Positions 41,235 to 54,494 of a stretch of DNA of 64,000 nucleotides are shown piece by piece. This DNA comes from Octopus vulgaris (taxonomy: Eukaryota): contig OX597824.1 of the NCBI GenBank assembly GCA_951406725.2, positions 97,588,001 through 97,652,000 on the forward strand, read 5' to 3'. Every line of letters begins with the position of its first letter. Within the stretch, counting starts at the first letter, position 1. The notes below the pieces were generated by a model. That model was not told the DNA's origin and did no database searches. It saw only the letters and a program-made list of their open reading frames with translations. The position numbers and the translations under genes are program-made.

Positions 41235-41535
41235 CATGGTTAATGAGAGAGACGGAAGATGGAAGACACGAGAATATTTTTAATCACTACACTTGTTTTT
41301 ACCCATCTGGCATCGATTCCTCTCACGACTAGGATACTTAACTGGTTTAGGACCATCTATCTGTGTAGATGTGTCTCTTCGGGTGATAATTAAACTCGTG
41401 AAGGATCGATACTAGATGGGTCGAAACAACTGTATCTCTCACTAACCAAATACACAACGAACACTGTGAAAGTGAACGTATTTTACCGCTAAGCTACCAG
41501 ACATAGACTATACGATTTACTATCTAATATATAAT

Positions 41536-41630
<95 letters not shown>

Positions 41631-43003
41631 CTAAGTATAAAAGGGTTAAACAACAACAAAAACAATTACAAAAATAGCAGCATACAACTGATCTTGAAAA
41701 TCCTTTATAAACCGCATCTCTAGGACCGCCATGTTGGTCGTTCGGTCTGCTAGAAATAGCAGTAGCAGCAGATTTAATGATTACGTTTCAATGTACGTAA
41801 TCATTAAAATGTTGTTTAATCTTAGTTCAGCATCTTGATTAAAGGCGTTCCAGCTGTGACCATCCATTTACTTTTTGCTTGTATATGGCTTCTTGAATAA
41901 CCTTATCTGATACATCATTCCTTTGATTTAATCATTCTTTTTGAGATAGTAGCGTGTAATTTGAGTGAGAATTGATTGTTGTTACGAGTAGATCGAACGA
42001 CAGCCCAGAGGATCTGTTACTCACTCGAACGAGAGGGCGGTGGATTTCCTCAGCACCACGCCCAGATTCACTCGAGAATAAAAAGATATAGAAGTAAACA
42101 GGAGGTGGAGTGTTTCATAAATTCAACCAGCAAACTTTATTTGCGTGTGTCGTCACAGAGCTCAGAGGAATCAGTCAGTGGACAAGTATTCTATGTTCAG
42201 ATAAGGGACACGTTTAATAGAACAAGACAACACTACAATCATTCAGTGAATAACTGTCGGAAAGGAGAAAATGAAATATGCAAATATATACTGACCATTA
42301 TTACCTAATATAAGAAGGAAAAAGATAATCTTGACAAAGGTGACATAAATGTGAAGTCATAAGTCATATCATGATCCGCCTCATCATCATCATCGTCATC
42401 ATCGTGCTTCTTTATCTAAAATTATTAAACCAACGGCCACAAATTTCGCGAGATGATAAAATGATATCAGCGCCGAAGAAGAATTATGGTTCCTTAGCAA
42501 ATATGGCTTTCACTATTAAGAGCCACAAAGAGATTTTTTATGGTACAAAGCTACAACACAAACGATCTATGATGCAAATGCCAGCTAAAATGTAAAACTC
42601 GCTTATCTGAAGGTCTTTGAATAGTCTTTGAAGACGAAATCATCCATTTCTGCAATATTGTCACCGAAGGGAATGAAACGCGCTACGTAAGGTTTGCAGA
42701 ACACACTGACATGGCTACCACCTGTCGTTGGTTGGTTGTTCTTCGTTTTAGTTTGGAAAATTCGATATTCAAAAACTCAAGAGACAACTAAACAGAGGAG
42801 AAATACATTCTGCCATCCTGCCTTTCACCCTCTCATTCCCTCCTCCTCCTCCTCTGCTTTATCAGTCTCTCTTCCTTTACACACACGCGCGCGCGTTTTC
42901 TACCTAAACAGACGGATTATGTCATTTCTATATATGTATAAAGATAAGTGTATAAATATATATAGATAGATAGATAGATACACACACACACATATATATA
43001 TAT

Positions 43004-43047
<44 letters not shown>

Positions 43048-43051
43048 ATAG

Positions 43052-43118
<67 letters not shown>

Positions 43119-43869
43119 CATACATACAAATGTAAATATATATACACACACACAAATATGTATGTGTGTGTTTAGTGAGATGTATGGATGTGCGTCGGCG
43201 TACAAACTGCGTGGCGTTATTTAGAACAAGTGTGGTGTTTATGTGGGTTTGTGTGGATGGTGTTAGGTGGGCCTATAACCATGTATATGAAGCATGAGAG
43301 CGTGTGGGGGATGAGGATGGAATGGGTGGAGGAATAAATGTGAAGTAGATGTTTTGCAAGATGGTGTTGGAGACGTGGGCAAAGGGAGCAGCATTTCGGA
43401 TGCTTATGCGTGCGTGTAATTCATAAACGTGATTTTGACGAAGAATGGCTCAAGAATTTGTCTTCAGGTGTTGGTCGTGTGTCTGTATGAATTAAGAAGA
43501 GCTGACGCCAAAGTGCATCGTTGCATGAGTGACCATTCGCATAGAAGAATGTGGAGGGGGGGGGAGTGCGAATGAGAGCTTAAAACTGGAAAGAGTAAAA
43601 TCCTAGAGCGAAGATCCGATAGACAATGGTGTAGACTGTGTTGGCCCGTGAAGGCCATGTCTGGATTGGAGTGATTGGAAATGGACACCGAAGGAAAATA
43701 TTAGAAACAAGATTTCTTTTTCTGTTTTGAGTCTTGCACAAAGAAACAGAATTGGACGAAGAAACTCTTTATGCTTGCGAGGGAGCTGGTCGATGCGACT
43801 TAATGGCAAATACATATTTCTCAGAGGAGTAAACAAACACATCTCGAAATAATTTCTACATCATAAATA

Positions 43870-44098
43870 TTTCTTTACTACCCACAAGGGGCTAAACACA
43901 GAGGGGAAAAACAAGGACAGACAAACGGATTAAGTCGATTACATCGACCCCAGTGCGTAACTGGTACTTAATTTATCGACCCCGAAAGGATGAAAGGCAA
44001 AGTCGACTTCGGCGGAATTTGAACTCGGAACGTAACGACAGACGAAATACGGCTACGCATTTCGCCCGGCGTTCTAACGTTTCTGCCAGCTCGCCGCC
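43870..44098 (-). mobile_element. SINE family A, well preserved
   Basis: Reverse complement starts GGCGGCGAGCTGGCAGAAACGTTAG and ends TTTAGCCCCTTGTGGGTAGTAAAGAA. Confidence 0.9.
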
Positions 44099-45214
44099 AA
44101 CTATACATTATATATGCCCACAGCAACATTTTCAATCCTGACTATTTCACTTCCGCTATATTCCCCAAATCTAATACTCAGTTGAAAATCGCATCTCAAC
44201 ATGTTTTGCTAGACAAACGAATTTAAAAGCACATCCTTTATACTTGTTTGAGCATATCTTTTATCACGTAGTATGTTTCGTTTAAGTCGGATAGATATAA
44301 ACACACATTTGCCGACAGCTTGTTAACTCATTGTACATTCTTAGTGATTAATTAACACCATCTTAATAGCATTCAAGTCATAACCTTGAATCCAACTTCC
44401 AAGCCTCTCCTCAATTCCTTTTCAACTTGAACATAATTTTAGCTTTCACACAACTCACAACCAAACCAGATATTAATCATCTCATCTTACAGAAAACATT
44501 TAAAAGCAGTAAAAATCACACTAATTTATCAATCACCAGTATGTTAAATCATTCTAATTTAATTTTAATTAATTTGTAGGATTCTGTACTAAACCTTCAT
44601 ATATCCCTTTAATACTTCATTATGCTACTGGCTAATTGTTTCCAATTAGTTTTCTTTTAATATAGATTTTTCTTATATCCTCTCTCTTTCTTTCTTAGGT
44701 TGTCCAATTAAATATTTCACGAAATATTATCTTTTATTACAGTATTCTCTCTCGCGTCGCAATTCAAATCTTGTTTTAAAACCTAATTATTTGCAAAACT
44801 TACCTTCGATTACTTAACATTCCACGCAATAACAATAGCAATTAAGCAAAACCTCATAAATCCATAATTAAGATACATATTTAAATCGCTGAATTCAGTT
44901 TTCTCCCAAACAAGATATTGTTGATATTCTCCTCCTACCATGCCTTGTATGTCACCTCTATTTAATTAGATATAATTTCTTTAAATATAATGCCTTCGTT
45001 AATTAGCTATAAATACTCACCACTCATCATAATTTACACATTTCAATAATCAGAAATACGAAATATTGCTCCAGCCGTCCATTTTGTAAAAATTCATTCT
45101 TGTAGATATTTCCATTTCAACAAATGACTCGCTCTTATATGGTCCCGAATGAATAGGATTCCTTGTTTCTGATAAAAGAAATTTTTATTATTTACCACTA
45201 CTACTGCTACATTA

Positions 45215-45590
45215 ATGCACTGTACGAAACGCTTGGCGGTATTTCGTCTGTCGCTACGTTCTGAGTTCAAATTCCGCCAAGGTCGACTTTGCCTTTCATC
45301 CTTTCGGGGTCGATTAAATGAGTACCAGCTACGCACTGGGGTCGATATAATCGACTTAATCCGTTTGTCTGTCCTTGTTTGTCCTCTCTGTGTTTAGCCC
45401 CTTGTGGGTAGTAAAGAACTAGGTGTTTCGACTGTCACTACGTTCTGAGTTCACATTCCGCCGAGGTCGTCTTTGCCCTTCATCCTTTCGGGATAGATAA
45501 ATCAAGTACCAGTGAAACACTGGGGTCGATGCAATCGACTTATCCTCTCCCCCAAAATGGCTGCCCTTGTGGCAAAATTTGAAACCATTA
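45215..45590 (+). mobile_element. SINE family A, dimeric
   Basis: Two GAGTTCA(A/C)ATTCCGCC units. Confidence 0.85.
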
Positions 45591-45619
45591 TTATTATTAT
45601 TAATATTATTATTATTATT

Positions 45620-45716
45620 AACTTTGCACAGCTGGAGATATACTACAGTGTCAGCTGTTCACTACCAGTGAACTAAGGTAACACCCCTTATTTTTCGAGC
45701 ACCATCCGGAGTATTA
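45620..45716 (-). mobile_element. Isolated R4-like LINE 3' end
   Basis: Near-duplicate of 45985-46088 (CAGCTGTTCACT.CCAGTGAACTAAGGTAACACC), followed by (TAA)n. Confidence 0.75.
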
Positions 45717-45984
45717 CGCCATGTATGCAGGTCCATTGCTGGATATCGACAGGCTGGAGCCGGACCAGAATCTCTCTTAGCCTCTCTGGGGCAACACTGT
45801 CACCACCAAGGGCTTCAGTTTCATTACCACCGTTATTCACAATATTTTGTTTTTCATTGTCACTTATATGAGGTAGCGATTATCAGGTTACGCAATTACT
45901 AGTGTTTTTATTGTGACACCATTGTGGTAATTAATGGAAAATGATTATTATTATTTTTTATTATTATCATTATTATTATAATTG

Positions 45985-47388
45985 CCTTTGCACAGCTTCT
46001 AACGCTGGAGTTGTACTACAGTTTCAGCTGTTCACTTCCAGTGAACTAAGGTAACACCTCTTATTTTTTGAGTACCATCCGGAGTATTCGAGCGGTTCCA
46101 AGCAGTGCTGTTTTCTACAAGTGCTCCACCCTTATTGCAGCTTCAAGATTTTTACTCACTGTTACTCTGACAACTAATGGTATTACTACCACCTTTTTCA
46201 TGACCACAACTGCTTAACATCCCAAGCTAACCTGTTATATCTATCGACTTTTCTTTCTTATCGCATATTTTGTTGTTAGCTGGGCATGCTATATCTATGA
46301 TCCAGCATCGTTTGCTTTCTTTTTCAATTAAGACTATGTCTGGCTTCCTATTCTCTATCTAATTGTCGCTCTGAATCTTGAAATTCTGTAGGATCTTTGC
46401 ATTATCAATTTTGATGATGCCTTCGGGTTTATGTTCGTACCACTATTTTACTCTGTAAAGTCCATACTTGTTGCAAAGTGTCCAATAGACAATTCTTCCT
46501 ATATTGTCATGATGTCTTTTATAATCTCTCTGGGCTACATTGACTGGTAATATGCCATATGGTTTCACCATTTTCTCCACAAATTCTGCACTTATCACTT
46601 TCTGACGTGTTATCTGTTCTGTATTTGATGTAATTCGTTCTTAATGCTTGCTCTTGGGCAGCACAGACTAGAGCCTCCGTTTCCGGTTTTAAATCACTTT
46701 TAGTCATCCACAGCCATTTTTTTTCTCTGCCTGTCTTCAACATCCCAATGAACATGTCCGTGCATTCTTTTCTTTATCCTCCTATTTTCAGTTTCATTCG
46801 TTTTCAATTTCTTGTGTAGTGCTTTATGTTTGCAATCTTCCATCCTACACAAGCCTGACCTTCTTACGTCCAATAATAGCGGTTCATCCAATCAGTCCTC
46901 TTCCCCCCTTCCTTTTCTTGGTATATGCAATCTGTGTCACTTTTTGGATGGAGTGTCCCATATCTCGTCAGCAACTTCCTTGTATTTCTGTCTAAGCTGT
47001 TTAGTTCGTCTACTGTCCATGCGATTACCCCTGCTCCATATCTAAGGAGTGGAATCACCCGGGTGTTGGTAGCTTCAATCTTATTCCGTCCGTTTAATTT
47101 CGACTTAAGGATCAGTTTCAGTCTGCGCAAGTACTCTATCTTAAGTTTTTCAGTCATTTCTTTCTCCATCAATTTATCCATTTCTAATACCCCCATGTAC
47201 TTATAGCCCATCTCTTCTATCTGCTTCATAATCTACCCCGACGATATCGCTAGCCCATCCATACATTTGATTTTGCTTCTCTTCGAGACAAACACACCAC
47301 ACTTTTTTCAGTCCGAACTCCATTCTGATATCAGCGCAGAAAGTATATACCGTATCAACGAGGGAACTGACTTGGGATTCATCTTTAC
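45985..47388 (-). mobile_element. R4/Dong-clade LINE 3' part (RT thumb, CCHC knuckle, restriction-like endonuclease), decayed
   Basis: YKYMGVLE, LKSKLNGRNKIEA, LRYGAG, AAQEQALRTN, CRICGENGETIWHITSQC; flanked by (TAA)n. Confidence 0.9.
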
Positions 47389-47420
47389 CATTATTATTGT
47401 TGTTGTTATTATTATTATTA

Positions 47421-50249
47421 TCGTGAAATGGGGTAACTTTGAACAAACTATATTTTATTTCCTCTTATCGCTTTTTACTAAAATATATACAGAATTGTTT
47501 AAATGTGTTGTTAAACTTCAGAATTATATTTCTAAGATAATATAATTTCAATACATAAAGTAAAATTTGTAAATATAACTTTGATTATTCACTCAAAGAA
47601 AGAATTTGTCAACTTCTTCAAATTCCTGCAAAACAAACATTTTTGTAAGATATGAATACTTTTGTCAGTAGCTAAAACACTTCTCGCATAAAAGATACAA
47701 GCCTTTGTTAAAATATGATGTGATACAACTATTTAATAATTTTCTATTGAAGTGTTCTTTTTAACTTTGGTATCTTTGTAAAAACTTGTATAACATGACA
47801 TGTCCCTCCTTTGATTATCCAGCGGGGTTACTTTGAACGCTGTTCGAAGTAACCCCGATCATTGCTTCCGGCAGTAAGAATGCTGCTACTACGGGTCAAA
47901 CTAATAGTGTCCAATATAAGTTAGGCATTTAAGATGTTTAAATGTTTTTCCTATTTATGGAGAATAATTCACCCTTGGAATTAATGAGGTGTAACCCCAA
48001 ATTTATCACTTTTTCATTATGGTTTGATAACCAGAATCAGTTTTTCTTTCTGTTGCAAAGTCTAATTCTTTAAACCATATTCTGTTCTTATTTTTTAGGA
48101 GCAACTTGTAGTTTGGATCGAGATTAGCATTAACCAAATAGCTATGTCAATAATTTATAATAGAAAATCTGGCTCACGAAGCTATAAATCCTAAAGCCAA
48201 AAGAGTCTGGATAAAGCAGTAAGAGATATTAAAGCAAAGAAAATCAACCTTCGAAAAAACCGGTGTTGTTTATAGAATTCCAGTCGGAAGTCTGAGCCAT
48301 AGATTGAAAAATAAGCATATCAGGCAACCTGATAGCCCTTCAGGGTTCAGTGAAAAAGAAGAAGCAGCATTTGTTGCTCACATTACAGCTGTTGCAGAAT
48401 GGAGGGCATTTGCTGCTATGGATTTGAGAGTGCTTGCCCATAATTATATCACAGCTCAAGGTCACACAGTAACGCAATTTAAAAGGAATTTTCCTTCAGC
48501 TAAATGGGTGAATTCATTTTTAAAGCGAAACAATTCCCAATTAGTATCATGCCTGAGCCAAAATATCAAAAGAGCCAGAGCATGTTTAAGTGCTACAGAA
48601 TTATCCTCGTACTTCCAGCATTTAAAAGCGATTCTTACAGTTGATGGAAAACATATCTCTCCAAATAACATTCAACTACGATGAGACGAGCTTGTCAGAC
48701 GATCCGGGCGTGAAGAAATATTTAAACAGAAAGAATAAGAAACACTTCCAAAGCAGCAATATTAATTATGTATTGCGACTCTGCATCTGGCCAGTTAATG
48801 TCTTGCTATGTTGTGTACAAAGCGGAAAATTTATGGTCAACGTGGACTGAGGGAGCACCAAAAAGGATCCGGTTTAACCGAAGGAGTAATGGATAGTTAG
48901 ACGCATGTTGCTTCACTGACTGGTTCGAATCAGTGTTTGTTCCACAAGTCAAAGAAATTCCTGGAAGAAAAGCTGTTATTGGTGATAACTTAGGCAGCCA
49001 TTTTACAGAAACGGTGATGAAGCTTGCCAAAGAAAACAGCATTGCTTTTATATGCCTACCAACCAATTCCACACACATGCTTCAACCATTTGACGTGGCA
49101 TTCTATGGGCCTCTTAAAAAAAGGTTGGAGAAAAGTCTTAACTGATTGGAAGGATTATGGCAGGAAGAACTCAAAAATAAAGATGCGTTTCCTGTTCTGC
49201 TACCGCAGCTGCATGCTGCTCTCTTTCCTGACGGTGTCACAGAAAGAATCTGGAAAATGGGTTCATGAAATGTGGAATTCACGCTTTTCATCCAGACAAA
49301 GTTTTGGATCAGCTACCAGACCATGAAGTGAGCAAAGAAGACGATGAAATCATCAATGTAAGAGTTTCTGATGGTGTGTTGGGAACGCTAAAGTCAATGA
49401 GAGGAGTGGATGAGAGCAGACCAAAGAAGAGACAAAAGAAGTTGTCCGTTATCCCTAGCGAAAGTATAAGTGCTGAGGACATCAGAGCTTCTGGTAGAGA
49501 AACGATGACCACCAGTTCATCAATAGTTATAGAGAAGCGTAGAGAAAGAGAGCAGCAAGAGAATTTGCAGGGTGAAGAGCCAAACTCTGTGGATAGGGAT
49601 GTTCCTATGAATGAATGTGACAGGTTCTCCAGTACTTCAGACATGGCAAGAGCAGAAAACACAGAAAGACAAAGTAGTTTTGTTGGAAACTTTGTCATTG
49701 AGAGGTAGGAAGGGCGAACATTTCCCGGTCAAGTGACCTCAACTGGAAGTATTGGAGCGCTTGTGTCATCATTTGCAAAATGTAAAAAGATAGGGTGGAG
49801 GCGGCCGCTGAAGGAGGATAAACTCGTCTACGACTGGGAAGATGTGGTAGAAATGAAAACAAAAGAGATTCCACTGAACAGCAAGGGTTTCTATCGATTC
49901 CCTAGCCTTGAACAAGAATAGGGTGTATAAAATATGACTTCCTGATAACTGTGTGACATCTTTTTTCGTGCTATAACACTTAAAGCTGTGTCATTGACTT
50001 TTCTTTTGTTAATAAAAAATTTGAACCTAAGTAAAAAAAAAAACTGTTCAAAGTAACCCCAGGTCAGAGGTTACTTCGAACAGCGACAATTATATAAAAG
50101 AAAATTGACTGCAATTTATTCTTATTTCATATATCAGTTAACCTATTTAGTCCTCCTAACAAAGTCAAATTTAGTTAAGATTGAAAAAGAGATTATGAAA
50201 TTATTGCAATAAGAAGTCGAAAACTGTTCAAAGTAACCCCGTTTCACGG
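47421..50249 (+). mobile_element. pogo-like (DDE_1) DNA transposon, full span, decayed transposase ~48144-49920
   Basis: TIRs TA|TCGTGAAATGGGGTAACTTTGAACA and TGTTCAAAGTAACCCCGTTTCACGG|TA; motifs PSAKWVNSFLKRN, FNYDETS, IGDNLGSH, LPTNSTHMLQPFDVAFYGPLK. Confidence 0.92.
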
Positions 50250-50319
50250 TATTATAATTATTATTATTATTATCATGTAATCGATTCATCCTATCCCCCA
50301 GAATTACTGCCTTTGTGGC

Positions 50320-50715
50320 CGGCAAGCTGGCAGAATCGTTAGCACGCTGGGCGAAATGCTTAGCGATATTTCGTCTGCCGCTACGTTCTGAGTTCAAATT
50401 CCGCCGAGGTCGACTTTGCCTTTCATCCTTTCGGGTTCGATTAAATAAGTACCAGTTACGCACTGGGGTCGATATAATCGACTTAATCCGTTTGTCTATC
50501 CTTGTTTGTCCTCTCTATGTTTAGCCCCTTGTGGATAGTAAAGAAATAGGTATTTTGTCTGTTTTTGCGTTCTGAGTTCAGATTCCGCCGAGGTCGTGTT
50601 TGCCTTTCAACGTTTCTGGGTCGATAAATTAAGTACCACCTGCGGACTGGGGTCGATCTAATCGACTGGACCCCGCCCCAAAAATTTCGGGCCGTGTGCC
50701 TAGAGTAGAAAGGAT
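50320..50715 (+). mobile_element. SINE family A, dimeric
   Basis: GCTGGCAGAATCGTTAGCACGC head; two core units. Confidence 0.85.
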
Positions 50716-50729
50716 TATAACTATTATTA

Positions 50730-50912
50730 TGAGAAGAAGAAGAAGGTGAAGAAGAAGAAGGAGAAGAAGAAGGAGAAGAAGAAGAAGAAGAAGAAGAAGA
50801 AGAAGAAGAAGAAGAAGAAGAAGAAGAAGAAGAAGATGACCAACAGCAAGAACAAGAAGAAAAACAAGAAGAAGAACAACAAGAAGAAGAAAAAGAAGAA
50901 GAAAGAGAAGAA
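50730..50912. repeat. (GAA)n polypurine microsatellite
   Basis: Seen directly. Confidence 0.95.
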
Positions 50913-51433
50913 GGGTGTTATCTGTGATATACCGAGTAACTTTGTAAGTGTATTTTGGCCTCCCTGAGTATTTTGATAAATGCTAAATTATAATTACTGC
51001 ACGTCTGCCATCTTTCCCAATATTCCCCTCAAGGTGAAATTGTATTAATATCATTGCAGAAACTGCAGTAATATATTCATTTGGAACTGTTTATTGTAAA
51101 TTATTTAAGATAACCAATACCCGAGTGATTAATGCAAAACCTTGCGCTGCTAACGAACTACTAACGTGAAAAGTATCGAAGGTAAATAGTAATTAAAATA
51201 TTAATTATTGCACAACCTTATTGCACATACAGTCAACTGCCCTTTCATGTTTACCGCCTCTTTTCTTCCTCTGCCTTTTCTCGTCTTACCACATTTCTTC
51301 TCCCCCTCCATCTCTTTGCTTCTTTCTCTTTCACTCTTTCTGAAGCATTCTTTTATTCATTGCCTGCCACCTAGTCCAGCATGTGCGCACATTCTGTGCC
51401 TCCTGTGTTCGTTTTCCCTACAATTTTCTTTTA

Positions 51434-51472
<39 letters not shown>

Positions 51473-52269
51473 ATTTCTATGCGATGTAAATCATGAAGGG
51501 AGAAAACAAGCCAATTAACCGTTATATCAACTATTGTTAGAGATTATTATTATTATTGTTGCTTTCATCATCATCATTATTGTTGTTGTTGTTGAGTGTG
51601 AGAGCAGCGCATGTCATCAAAGTGACACTGGGGCACAAATATACGAAGCCCAAGTATACCCATCATGACTGCCCATCTGATAAAGGAACACTAAGTACAT
51701 GCATCACAACCGTATATACGCGACATGGTGATCCCATACCAAGATAAACAGCGCATGACATTGCAGGTGGGACCCAGTTAGAATTGTCTTCAAGTCGACA
51801 AGCCTATCCCATTCAAAAAGTCACTGAATAAGGGTTGTTTAAGGATGTTGAACGAAGCACCCACGTTTCCAGAGGTGAATTATCTAAACCTCAAATAATT
51901 CACCTGAATACATAGCTACGATGCACCCCACTACTTCTGCTCGTGACCAGAGATGCACATTTCATCAGGCACTAAGAGACATGCTCAACTGATTAAGGTC
52001 AAACAACTGACAAGCAAATCTGTGGTATTGAGCAGAATATTTGCTGTAGCCCATCTTTTATACCAAGACAAAACAATGAACATGATAACACTTCCAATCA
52101 GTTGAAATAAGAAGCCATGAGAGCCACTGCCTGGTACTGCATCAGGGCATTTATAATCATTATTATTATTATTATATTATCATTTTATCATCATCATCAT
52201 CATCATCATCCTCATATACACTCAGCAGATCAGGCTGTTGGAAAGAAAAAAATCTAGCATCGGGTTATA

Positions 52270-54092
52270 ACAAGTAACCTTTGATGCCAAGAACCCTCCT
52301 AAGTATCCTAGCTGTCCCTAATAACACTGTTTTCTGCAGCTGTACTAAACTAGGTTTTATGCCTGTTTTACTCTTTCCATCTGTTCAGATCTTTGGGAAT
52401 ACTTCCCGATGCACCGATAAAACTACTGGGATACATTTACCCACATTTTCTTTAGTACGAGGGACGTTCAATCAGTAATGCCCCTGACCCACTTGCATTT
52501 GTTTGATCTAGCTGAAATTTTGCATGTGCAATTATTTATATCTCTATAGATTAAGTGGCAAATTACAGCTCTGAGCTAATTGTGGTTTCTGATTTACAGG
52601 TGTTTGAACTGAGTCAAGTGTGAAATGGAGCCTGTTGAGTGTCGAGCAGTGATCTGGTTTTTGTATTTGAAAGGACGCACACCACGGGAGACTTTTGATG
52701 AAATGAAAGTAACTGATGGTGATGATGCCCCATCATATGACCTTGTAAAACGTTGGCATCATGAATTCAAACATGGTCGGAACTCTGTGGAAACAGCTCC
52801 CAGATCTGGTGGGCCCCCTTCTGCCATTGATGAGGCATCTGTCCGTCAAGTTGAGGCTGCCATTTTGGAAGATCGATGCATAACTATTCGCCAAAAAGCC
52901 CATGAGGTCAAGATTAGTACCGGGTCTGTGGAAACTATCATTCATGACTATTTGCATATGCAAAAGGTGTCTGCCAGATGGGTTCCCATGTTGCTCACAC
53001 CTTTCCAGAAGCAAGAACGCGTCGAGTGCTCGAGGATGAATTAGGAGATGTGCCAAGAAGATGAGTCAAAATTTTTCAAAAGACTGATTACACAGGATGA
53101 AACCTGGGTCCATCACTATGATTCAGAGACCAAAGCCCAGTCAATGCAGTGGTAGCACCGTGACTCACCTCCTCCAAAGAAGGCAAGGGTGCAGCCCTCC
53201 GCTGGCAAGGTCATGCTCACAGTCTTCTGGGACCAGGACGGAGTAGTGATGACAGATTTCCTGGCAAAGGGTACCACAATTACAGGAGCCTATTATGCTT
53301 CACTTTTGAGGAAATTATGAGAAGCTATCAAAATCAAGAGGTGTGGCAAGATCAGCAAAGGCATCCTCCTCCTGCAGGACAACGCTCCGGTTCACAACTC
53401 GCGTGTCGCCAGATCAGAAGCACAGGCGTGCTGCTATGAACTCCTCCCCCATCCCCCCTACGCTCCTGACCTTGCACCCTCTGATTTTCACCTCTTCCCA
53501 GCCATGAAGTTTTTTTTGAAAGGAAAGCATTTCACAGATGATGCAGCCTTAATTTCTAAAGTCACGTCGTGGTTGGAGGACCAAGCTGGGGTCTTCTACA
53601 AAAACGGTCTCCAGCGCTGCATCAAACGATGGGAGAAATGCGTAACTCTGGGTGGTTCCTATGTAGAAAAGACTAATAACTGTGCCAAGTTTCGTTGCTC
53701 TACTGCTATGGGAAGTGGGTCAGGGGCATTACTTATTGAACGCCCCTCGTATCTGTAATTCAAAACTTTGGTCTTGGTACTTAGCTATTTTTTCTATGCC
53801 TCTCATATTGATCTTTTCATCATTTGGGACTTTCTATTCTCTTTATTTATTACTTTATTTATTCTATTTATCTACTACTACTAAATCAGACCTTCTAGCT
53901 TCTATTACTCTGTTATTCTGAATGTTAAAGTCCCACAACATCTTGTACTTCTTACTTTCTAGTACTTTACTAGGTTCATGGTCATACCATTTATCAGTAT
54001 GGTCAAATCCTAGCTTTCTACATAACACCCATTGGATTACTCTCCCTAGGTTGTCCATGCCTTTTCTTGTATTCTTTCTGTGCCAGCATGTT
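52270..54092 (-). mobile_element. R4-like LINE endonuclease fragment split by a mariner insertion
   Basis: KWYDHEP...LWDFNIQNNRVIEARRSDLVVVDK; removing the mariner rejoins EKIAKYQDQSFELQILKKMW; LLGTARILRRVL near 52300. Confidence 0.85.
52458..53749 (+). mobile_element. Full-length mariner (DD34D) element, 1292 bp; transposase pseudogene 52625-~53677
   Basis: TIRs TA|CGAGGGACGTTCAATCAGTAATGCCCCTGACCCACTT / AAGTGGGTCAGGGGCATTACTTATTGAACGCCCCTCG|TA; WVPMLLT, ITQDETWV, QDNA, YAPDLAPSDFHLF; three in-frame stops. Confidence 0.95.
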
Positions 54093-54094
54093 AC

Positions 54095-54124
<30 letters not shown>

Positions 54125-54126
<2 letters not shown>

Positions 54127-54482
54127 TCCGTTTGTGAGGCTCGTCTGTCCGCAGCTCGTCTCTTTGATGGAGCTTTAGCCCTGGGTGAATAAAAGACCGC
54201 GACTGGTCGCCTGGCAACTAGAATGTCGTTAGGCGCTCACAGCCCTTTTCCAGTCGGGCAATGGGATCAGTGGGTGATCCGTTTTAGAAATTTATAGAGG
54301 ATTAGTGGCGGGGAAGTGCGACGACGTTCTCTGGGAGTCTCTGGGCGCCGACGAGAGCGAACTGACCAGTCTGTTCCGGAACCATCATGGATAAGTTCCA
54401 GATGTCCTTGGCCTGGCAGTGCTACCGGGTGGGGGATGGGGCTACCGGTTCGAGATAAACTCTACAGGCACGGATGTGCTAT
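54125..54482 (+). mobile_element. Tx1-like LINE fragment
   Basis: LPVRDKLYRHG, identical to the motif in 31091-31696. Confidence 0.7.
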
Positions 54483-54494
54483 CAGAGGCTTGTC

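Noticed and set aside
50746-50967. Poly-lysine ORF
   Set aside because: (GAA)n microsatellite
53042-53320. Rescue of mariner stop codons by A-to-I editing
   Set aside because: The stops look like ordinary point mutations of Leu, Lys and Arg codons; recoding to Trp would not restore those residues and no evidence supports it
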